DNA of 63,643 nucleotides, the filler included, from Octopus bimaculoides (taxonomy: Eukaryota): NCBI RefSeq assembly GCF_001194135.2. It is 5 parts of 5 records of this genome, joined end to end, with 100 filler letters (N's around TTAATTAATTAA, not from the genome) between each part and the next. Parts side by side here need not be neighbours in the genome. Positions count along the whole stretch, not along the records: positions 26,353 to 56,891 come from NC_068990.1; positions 56,992 to 62,343 come from NW_026337025.1; positions 62,444 to 63,643 come from NC_068981.1; 2 more parts are not named here. One strand, written 5' to 3'. Below the pieces are notes generated by a model, which had not been told where the DNA came from, made no database searches, and saw nothing but the letters and a program-made list of their open reading frames with translations. Of the stretch, positions 54,438-63,643 are shown piece after piece. Position numbers and translations under genes: made by a program. Positions within the stretch are counted from its first letter, which is position 1; every line of letters starts with the position of its first letter.

Positions 54438-54611
54438 CGTGTTTGCATCTGTATTTTTATAGGATTGTGTAAACTGTAGCTCCGGGTGCAGAAAAAATAG
54501 AATTTGATGGGGTGTGGGGCAGATAACTGATATGGTGAAGAGAACAGAAGAATAATGCTGGAACCAGGACAAGATAAAAAAAAATATATGGTATACTTAC
54601 GTACATACGTG

Positions 54612-54654
<43 letters not shown>

Positions 54655-54736
54655 TACTCGTTTTTCTTCTCCTTCACAATCAGGTGCTTGTATCTATGTG
54701 TATGTGTGCGTATGTGTATACATACATACATACATG

Positions 54737-54782
<46 letters not shown>

Positions 54783-54816
54783 TATTTATATATATATATA
54801 TATACATATATGTATG

Positions 54817-54855
<39 letters not shown>

Positions 54856-55204
54856 ATATATATATGTATATATGTACGTATNNNNNNNNNNNNNNNNNNN
54901 NNNNNNNNNNNNNNNNNNNNNNNNNNNNNNNNNNNNNNNNNNNNNNNNNNNNNNNNNNNNNNNNNNNNNNNNNNNNNNNNNNNNNNNNNNNNNNNNNNNN
55001 NNNNNNNNNNNNNNNNNNNNNNNNNNNNNNNNNNNNNNNNNNNNNNNNNNNNNNNNNNNNNNNNNNNNNNNNNNNNNNNNNNNNNNNNNNNNNNNNNNNN
55101 NNNNNNNNNNNNNNNNNNNNNNNNNNNNNNNNNNNNNNNNNNNNNNNNNNNNNNNNNNNNNNNNNNNNNNNNNNNNNNNNNNNNNNNNNNTATATATACA
55201 CACA

Positions 55205-55240
<36 letters not shown>

Positions 55241-56434
55241 TACACACACAGAAATATGCACACATACATACATGCATACATTCATACAGACGTACATACA
55301 TACATGCATACATGCATACATACTTACACACATACCTATACTCGCATCCATACATGCATGCACATATACATATGTAATTTCTTTTTGTTTGTTTGTTTTG
55401 TTTTGTTTTTGCTATGATGAGCTTGTAAGAGCGAAACAAACGGTGCATAGGAGCAGTGAAATATTTCTTTTCGTTTGAAAAAAAAAAAAGAGATAAAATT
55501 ATATAAAATCTCTGCTTTGAAGGTAGTGAATTCTTTTCCCCGTTTAGATTTGTTCTTTCTCTACACAAAAAACCACCATACACGTACGTATACTCATAAA
55601 CACACATAATATGCTGTAATATAAACATAATATATATTTACATTCATACATACACACACACACGCATACGTATACCCACGCACACGCGCACACAACACCT
55701 AGACACAAACAAACAAACACATATTATCGATGCTTATATAATAATGCTTGTACTTAATTACTGAGCCTTTCTAAAATGTTGAATATTCTGACCATGCCAT
55801 TAACTGATTGAATTTCGCAAAAATTTCTCTCATCTGCTTCTGTGGGTCTTTTTTTTTGTTGTTGTTTTTTCGTTCTAAATTCTTATTTTCTCACTCAAGG
55901 TTATTAAGTAAATATTTGGTGATATGACCGTCACTATGTAATCAGTTATAGGCAAAGTATTGGAATATTGAATGAAGAAGACACGACGATTGCATATTCC
56001 GTATACATGCATACACCAAGCATCTTACCCATATACACACACACACGCTCATTCACACGTAGCACATACATATATACATACATATTTATATACATGTATG
56101 TATGTATGTATGTATGTATATATGTGTATGTACATATATATGTACACACACACGCACACCAGCTGAAGAGCCCGTCGTTGCCGGGCAATTTTTACAATAG
56201 AATGCCTTTATTTCAATTTCATTTCCCTATCAGACCATGTCTTCGCCAACGGATAGGCCTCTTGTTCAGGACAGATTTCTGCTTCATTTGGAGTAATTTA
56301 TTACGTCTCGATAAGGAAAGATTTGGGTTTTTTTCCATTTGAAGCAGAGATGTAAAGATGTTTCTTTGCTCGCTGCTGATGCATTTTGAGGGACTTTCAA
56401 TTTTGTCGCCCTAATAAAATTTTTGACGCACATA

Positions 56435-56473
<39 letters not shown>

Positions 56474-56579
56474 GCACACACACACACACACACACCCACT
56501 CACACACACACAAATACATACTAACACAGACACACAGCGTGAGCGATATACGTATGCACAGAGTGTGGCAGATATATGT

Positions 56580-56891
56580 TGGCACTCCGTCGCTTACGAC
56601 GACGAGGGCTCCAGTTGAACCGATCAACGGAACAGCCTGCTCGTGAAATTAACGTGCAAGTGACTGAGCACTCCACAGACACGTGTACCCTTAACGTAGT
56701 TCTCGGGGATATTCAGCGTGACACAGTGTGACAAGGTTGGCCCTTTGAATTACAGGCACAACAGAAGCAGGAAGAAAGAGTGAGAGAAAGTTGTGGTGGA
56801 AGAGTACAGCAGGGTTTGCCACCAACCCCTGCCGGAGCCTCGTGGAGCTTTAGGTGTTTTCGCTCAATAAACACTCACAACGCCCGGTCTT
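56580..56891 (-). mobile_element. OR1-like SINE; the head lies in the gap
   Basis: Homologous to 22464-22760 and 28404-28715. Confidence 0.85.
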
Positions 56892-57703
56892 NNNNNNNNN
56901 NNNNNNNNNNNNNNNNNNNNNNNNNNNNNNNNNNNTTAATTAATTAANNNNNNNNNNNNNNNNNNNNNNNNNNNNNNNNNNNNNNNNNNNNTCATTAGGA
57001 AAATGTCTTTAGAGAAAGAACAGCTGTAATTATCCATCAATTATATCCATCAACAAGAGAATGTTTCAAAGTAAAGTATTTTATGTTATCAAATAAAATA
57101 TAAAATCAATAAAATTTTACATTATCTCACTAACGTGTTGTTCTAATTTCTANNNNNNNNNNTACATTATCTCACTAACGTGTTGTTCTAATTTCTATTG
57201 AACGAATATTGTCATCTGTTGAGATGTAATATTTTAAATTCATACATCTTTAAAGCATCATTTTTATGTCCATTCATTGAAAAGAATTACCTTTTGTGTG
57301 ATGATAAGATATGTTTTATTATGTTGACCACTCAGAAGATTTCTAGGTAGATTGATCCACACATCTTGTTTATGAACGTTGCATAGTTATTTCCAGTTTA
57401 TAATTNNNNNNNNNNCCACACATCTTGTTTATGAACGTTGCATAGTTATTTCCAGTTTATAATTATTTTCTGCCTATGAATAAACTCTGAAATATTGACA
57501 CGAGCGCCCTAATCCTGGTTGTTACAGTCAGAACGCTTCGGTCGTTTTGCCCTTCAGTCCTTTTCGGATCCCGTCGTGTCTCGTGATATTTACTGAACTT
57601 CTAGCCCGAGCCCTAAATTAAATCTAGAGTACCCTCATTTTGATATCCATTTCAATAATTTTCTTCCATTAGTTATTTCTATTACAAGTGATGTCGCTTG
57701 CTC

Positions 57704-57748
57704 GTTCCTCTTGAAGCAAAGCGTATAATGTTTGTCCGAAACAGGAAC
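57704..57748 (+). ncRNA. Hammerhead-like remnant lacking the cleavage triplet
   Basis: gttcct-CTTGAAGC...GTCC-GAAAC-aggaac; the 6-bp stem I (gttcct/aggaac) is intact. Confidence 0.25.
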
Positions 57749-58861
57749 GGAACTCACGTTTATTTGCTCGACCACTACATTTAACAGCTATCAACTCTTT
57801 AAGGCAATCAGGATGCAGAGGGGAGGCACGAGGCCGCCAACCACAAAGAACCTTGGTAGACCTGGTCGGCTCTACGCATGATATTTACTGAACCACTAAC
57901 CTGTGATGACCCTAACCTCATCAAACAAGAGCAAGAAGCAGCAANNNNNNNNNNNNNNNNNNNNNNNNNNNNNNNNNNNNNNNNNNNNNNNNNNNNNNNN
58001 NNNNNNNNNNNNNNNNNNNNNNNNNNNNNNNNNNNNNNNNNNNNNNNNNNNNNNNNNNNNNNNNNNNNNNNNNNNNNNNNNNNNNNNNNNNNNNNNNNNN
58101 NNNNNNNNNNNNNNNNNNNNNNNNNNNNNNNNNNNNNNNNNNNNNNNNNNNNNNNNNNNNNNNNNNNNNNNNNNNNNNNNNNNNNNNNNNNNNNNNNNNN
58201 NNNNNNNNNNNNNNNNNNNNNNNNNNNNNNNNNNNNNNNNNNNNNNNNNNNNNNNNNNNNNNNNNNNNNNNNNNNNNNNNNNNNNNNNNNNNNNNNNNNN
58301 NNNNNNNNNNNNNNNNNNNNNNNNNNNNNNNNNNNNNNNNNNNNNNNNNNNNNNNNNNNNNNNNNNNNNNNNNNNNNNNNNNNNNNNNNNNNNNNNNNNN
58401 NNNNNNNNNNNNNNNNNNNNNNNNNNNNNNNNNNNNNNNNNNNNNNNNNNNNNNNNNNNNNNNNNNNNNNNNNNNNNNNNNNNNNNNNNNNNNNNNNNNN
58501 NNNNNNNNNNNNNNNNNNNNNNNNNNNNNNNNNNNNNNNNNNNNNNNNNNNNNNNNNNNNNNNNNNNNNNNNNNNNNNNNNNNNNNNNNNNNNNNNNNNN
58601 NNNNNNNNNNNNNNNNNNNNNNNNNNNNNNNNNNNNNNNNNNNNNNNNNNNNNNNNNNNNNNNNNNNNNNNNNNNNNNNNNNNNNNNNNNNNNNNNNNNN
58701 NNNNNNNNNNNNNNNNNNNNNNNNNNNNNNNNNNNNNNNNNNNNNNNNNNNNNNNNNNNNNNNNNNNNNNNNNNNNNNNNNNNNNNNNNNNNNNNNNNNN
58801 NNNNNNNNNNNNNNNNNNNNNNNNNNNNNNNNNNNNNNNNNNNNNNNNNNNNNNNNNNNNN

Positions 58862-58985
58862 TATTTATCGACCCCGAAAGAATAAAAGGTAAAGTCGACA
58901 TCGGTAGAATTTGAACTCAGAGCGTAGTAAAGGGCGAACTGCTGCAAAGCATTGTGTCCGCCATGCTAACGATTCTGCCAGCTAG
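58862..58985 (-). mobile_element. SINE family B fragment
   Basis: tatttatcgaccccgaaag..aaaggtaaagtcgac...ttgaactcagagc...gctaacgattctgccagct. Confidence 0.7.
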
Positions 58986-59199
58986 CGGCCTTTTGTCATT
59001 GTATAATAATTGTATTCCTTATCTCAGAAATTCAGATAAAATATTCCATAATTTTTACAGGATTATAGATTCTATTACACTTTTGAAAAGATCTACGCGT
59101 AGATTGCAATCACTTCATGATTTCGTTTTAAAATTAATATATACGACTTTGATTAATTTGCAGGCATCAGTTACATCATATAACTTGAGTTTTGGAACG

Positions 59200-59700
59200 C
59201 TCATTGATGAAACCAGGTTTACTGACCCGGCCTTTGTTGATCATACGGTTATTCTTATTGAGTTTCTGTATGTGTTAAGGAGTACACTACATTCACTGAA
59301 ACAAAAGATTAGAACCAGTGAGATTTAGAGTTTCTTGGGCCAACATGAAGAACTGCTCCTTAGTTGACTTCCTAGGGATTCCATCTCGTCAGTCCGTTGC
59401 AGTTGAGAATGTCGAAGATGTTGACCGCTTTACTCATTTCGGCAGTATGATCCTTAGTAGTATCATCTGCGTGTCCAAAGTCTTAAAAGGACTTGGACAG
59501 GCTGGTGCCGCTCTGGACTCACGGGGCAAAGGTGTCTGGCGTTAATGATATCTGAGCATGAGAAAGGTTCGGGTCTTCAGGTCTTCAGGTCTCTGGTCCT
59601 CCCCGGTTTACTCTACATTTGCGAGACTTGGACGCTGATTGGGGCCGTTATGAGCCGCCTGAACTCCTTTGTTACCAGGATGTTTCGCAGAATGATGTCA
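59200..59700 (+). mobile_element. RTE-type LINE RT fragment
   Basis: RFTDPAFVDH (decayed TDLDFADD), VSWAN, VEDVDRFTHFGS and VFRSLVLP.LLY.CETWTL. Confidence 0.8.
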
Positions 59701-59769
59701 TAAATAACGTTAACGCTAAATTTGAGTAAAATTGTCGCTTTTTGTAGCAAAATTGTTACAAATTGTAAC

Positions 59770-62340
59770 AAGACTGGTCCCCGGGAACCGCTGAAGCCAA
59801 GCGGTAACAGTTTGATACGAATCTTGAGAAGGACTTTAATGTGTTCTCAGATGGTGCAACAATCACGGTTGAAGTAGCCCTGAGAAGGGCTTTTTTGTCG
59901 TTCTCATGGCGGTAACAATTTGATAGGAAGCCCTGAAAAGGGCTTTAATGCGTTCTCAGGTGGTTTAACAATCATATGTAAAGTGGCCCTGAAAATGGCC
60001 CTTTTTCGTTTACACCGAAAGCAACGGAGTTGTTTTTGTGGAATGTGAAACTCTGACAAAACAGATGATGCAAACTTAGGTTGGACAAAGGAAAAGAAAC
60101 AAGGTTGAGGAAAGTTAGTAACTTTGAAAGCATGACTACAGTAGCACTCACATACCACATACCAGGTCTGCAAAGTTGAACTGATGTAGTGGAGGCACCG
60201 AGGTTCACAAATTTGAAAGTAGTTGGCGCGTGATGCCCCTACAACACCTCTCTGTAGACCACATTTTCGCTTTGCCATTAGGGGCAAGTGCGAATAGATT
60301 TTGTTTCTTTCGAGCTCTGGAGAATCCAACATATAACTGGCANNNNNNNNNNATAGATTTTGTTTCTTTCGAGCTCTGGAGAATCCAACATATAACTGGC
60401 AATGAGAGAGACATGGTTCGCCTAAATGGAGGCCTTGGGACTTATTGATTGATATGGCGAAGCATAGTCGAAGAGGAAACTGAAGTCGGCGCAGCGGACA
60501 GGGAAATTCCTTGCCTGATGGAGTAAGAGGTATTCCAGGTATGAACACATCCTCTCTCATGCGACATTCCGCGAGAATCGTAGCCTCAATGACATACGGC
60601 AGCAGGTTTTCATCACTAACTGCGTTCTGTTGTATGCAGAACGTTGGTGGCTCCAGATTCCTCAGCAGCATCACTGGAGCTCCAGGTTTGAAGCACAATG
60701 TATGAGTTGGTTGTGTGAGGGGTTTGAAGGAATTGAGGAATTCTGTTGGAAAATTAACAACCTCTTCTGGAATTGTAGGTATGAAGAATTCCAGGAAGGC
60801 ACGGCAACGAATCTTCATTGAGTTTCGTCACAAAGTTGTTTTTCGGTGCTAGTATGGCCCTATCGCACAACCAACTTACGTCTTTGTAATTTTTCGGTAG
60901 AATGGGGAAATCAGCAGCCATGAGATCGTCAACAGTGTAGACAACTGTGCATACTTATGAGACTATCATTTCTCCAACTGCATCCAAAGGCGCATTGCCG
61001 TCGGCAACTGTTAGGTCTTTGGAAAAATCGACTGACGAGCGGTCNNNNNNNNNNTGCCGTCGGCAACTGTTAGGTCTTTGGAAAAATCGACTGACGAGCG
61101 GTCGCTGGCTGAGCTCGCATGTTGGTTTTAAGGGAGAACATTATTACCTGCTGCCACAGGTGAGAGGACTTAATGCAAGCTTCCACAGCGTCCTCCCTGG
61201 TGTCTTCGGGAATACCTGGAAGAGTTTGCCTAAAATCACCAGATAGCAGGGGAGATAACCCTACCATTAGACGGTGGCAGTCCCTGATATCTTGCAGAGT
61301 CTTATGTAGGGGCCCGAGGGATGCTTTATGGGCCATTCATCCCACACAATGAGCTGGAACCTTCTCAAGACTTCTGCTTTGTCCGAAACCTTGCTCTTAT
61401 CGCAAGATGCAGAGTCAGACGTAGTCGTATTAAATGGAAATTTAAAAGTGGAATGAGCACTCCTACCCCCGGGTAGTAGAGTTGCAGCAATCCCAGAAGA
61501 AGCCACAGCCAAAGCGATCCCTTTNNNNNNNNNNNNNNNNNNNNNNNNNNNNNNNNNNNNNNNNNNNNNNNNNNNNNNNNNNNNNNNNNNNNNNNNNNNN
61601 NNNNNNNNNNNNNNNNNNNNNNNNNNNNNNNNNNNNNNNNNNNNNNNNNNNNNNNNNNNNNNNNNNNNNNNNNNNNNNNNNNNNNNNNNNNNNNNNNNNN
61701 NNNNNNNNNNNNNNNNNNNNNNNNNNNNNNNNNNNNNNNNNNNNNNNNNNNNNNNNNNNNNNNNNNNNNNNNNNNNNNNNNNNNNNNNNNNNNNNNNNNN
61801 NNNNNNNNNNNNNNNNNNNNNNNNNNNNNNNNNNNNNNNNNNNNNNNNNNNNNNNNNNNNNNNNNNNNNNNNNNNNNNNNNNNNNNNNNNNNNNNNNNNN
61901 NNAATTCGTCGCTAAGACCTACGTCCAAGCCAGGAAGCAGCAGTTGTCCATGGTGTTTGAAGTCTTCAGAAAGGTCTATTTTATATTTCTCCGACAGAGA
62001 TACAGGATCACTGAGCTCGCATGTTTGCAATAACACNNNNNNNNNNAAAGCGCTCTCGGAGTCTTCTTGCTCATCGCCATATAGCTGCCTCCGCTAGTGT
62101 TGCAACACACTAAGCACCGTCTTCTAGCAGCCCACATTTAAAGCAAGTTTCGCGGTATGTGGTACAAACTCCTTTCTTAAAACCTTTCATGTTGTCGAAG
62201 GCGCAGATAGAAACACTCCCGTTGGCTCGGATGACCTGTGTAAACTCTCCCGAGGCAATGGAACAATTTATGCTGGGATGTCCATCAACGGTTGATATTT
62301 CCAATGAAAAACTTGCGTTTAAGTCTAATGTGCATATTCG
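59770..62340 (-). mobile_element. Helitron Rep/PIF1-helicase remnant, frameshifted and gapped
   Basis: Motifs AVASSGIAATLLPGGRSAHSTFKFP, LIVWDE, LSGDFRQTLP, FPTEFLNS, PVMLLRNL, RRLQFPLRLCFAISINKSQG, QLYVGFSRA and KNVVYREVL, plus TYRETCFKCGLLED. ~107-bp tandem duplication at 59803-60015. Confidence 0.9.
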
Positions 62341-62443
62341 ATTNNNNNNNNNNNNNNNNNNNNNNNNNNNNNNNNNNNNNNNNNNNNTTAATTAATTAAN
62401 NNNNNNNNNNNNNNNNNNNNNNNNNNNNNNNNNNNNNNNNNNN

Positions 62444-63643
62444 GCTGGAAGCAAGGACGCTTCCTAAATGACATCAGGTCAAGAAAATTGGATGTGATTG
62501 TTGCAACGGAAACCCGAGTAAAGAGGCCAAGAGATCTGTCCCTCCTCCTGAACGGCTACGAGAAATACGTTTCTCCGAGTCGGGCGGGAGGTGAGGGTGG
62601 GGTGTTGGTCCTACTAAAAAGAAACCGGGTAACCGAGAAAAAGTTGGTTTTTTTTCTGATCCAGAAGGCAGGCTGGTCGTTCTGGACCTGACATTCAATT
62701 GTGGCAAGATAATCAGGCTAGTTGCTATTTATGCACCTAATATTATGGGCCCGCAAAGTGAATATTTTCGTGACCTGGGCAAGTTCCTGGCCACGTCGCA
62801 TTCGCTAGTATTGTTAGGAGACTTTAACACAATATGTGAGGCACACACAGATTGTGTTGGCTCGAACACGAACAGAAAATGTAACCCAGGCTTACGGGAT
62901 CTGCTAAGTCACTTTCAGTTAGCAGACCCATATAGGTTGGAACACCCGAACACTCCACAGTGGACGTGGTCAAATAGTGACGGGTCTACCAGAACATATC
63001 TAGATAGGATTTTAATTAGAGAAACAGATAAGTCTATTGCTAAGTGTCCACAATTTTTTCCAGTCAGCTACAGTGACCACAAGATGGCTACCTGTAAACT
63101 GACAATAGACAAGTTACATAGTCAGGGATCTGGCTACTGGAAACTCAATACGTCCCTTTTGGCGATTGAAGAATACAGAAAGCGGATCAAAATGTTAATT
63201 CAGCGGGCATTGACAGGTACCATCATTAATAACAAATGGTGGTACGCCCTAAAAAGAGCCATCAAATATGAGTCTATTAGGTTTAGCATAAGTTTAGCTA
63301 AGAAGGGACGTAGAATAGGAGATGGTATAGTTAAGGAACAAAAAAAGCCTGGAGGACTGGCAATGCGGACCAAGTGAAGGTGAAAAGACTGGAGTTAAAT
63401 CAGCATCTTGAAGCCCAACACATGAGAAGTATTGCCAGAGCTAAGTTACGTGCGATGGGAAGTGAAGGAATCAAGGCCGCTGGATGGGCCCGAGTGGTGG
63501 AAGCTCGACAAGGAAATAGTTCCACGATACGGTCTTTGACGAACCATAATGGCGTCTTGATAAACGAACCCGAGAAAATGTGTGAGACCTTTCGGAAGTA
63601 CTTCGCCCAGCTGTTCGGGGGTGACGGCGGTCCTGATGGTGGG
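62444..63643 (+). mobile_element. L1/Tx1-clade LINE ORF2, APE endonuclease region, continuing beyond the window
   Basis: ATETR, LVAIYAPN, LLGDFN, WTW..., YLDRILI, SDHK and GYWKLNTSLL, with only a few frameshifts. Confidence 0.9.

Noticed and set aside
56234-56295. Acceptor-like site followed by accATG and MSSPTDRPLVQDRFLLHLE
   Set aside because: Very short, weak donor, embedded among repeats.
60296-60400. ~45-bp direct repeats flanking 10-N gaps (also near 46560-46655, 57119-57197, 57357-57465, 61036-61084)
   Set aside because: Unmerged contig overlaps; they are not CRISPR arrays or real duplications.

Overview
This is a gappy, AT-rich eukaryotic scaffold dominated by microsatellites and transposons. 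The SINE families and (TA/TG/TATG) microsatellite load suggest an octopus or other coleoid cephalopod (inference). No host protein-coding gene is confidently recognisable, and most listed ORFs are microsatellite or N-gap artefacts. Recognisable elements are: a near-full-length RTE LINE (12075-15703, minus) flanked by a 57-bp duplication; a decayed Naiad-type Penelope-like element (PLE; RT plus GIY-YIG, 18306-20274); RTE and L1/Tx1 LINE fragments; several mariner, maT and pogo DNA transposons; a Helitron Rep/PIF1 remnant; and many tRNA-derived SINEs. The most interesting signal is a set of minimal type I hammerhead-ribozyme (HHR) motifs from several non-coding repeat families. These include two head-to-head inverted HHR pairs (17735-18308, abutting the PLE RT, and 47405-47575), core variants (CUGUUGA, UUGAAGA, CUGAAAA), and a tandem, permuted ~530-nt family with conserved GAAA and CUGANGA boxes. 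Together they suggest a PLE-dependent or retrozyme-like system. A repeat-poor island (about 33.3-36.5 kb) holds a YY1/ETS promoter-like cluster, and a few candidate exons lie in and near it.
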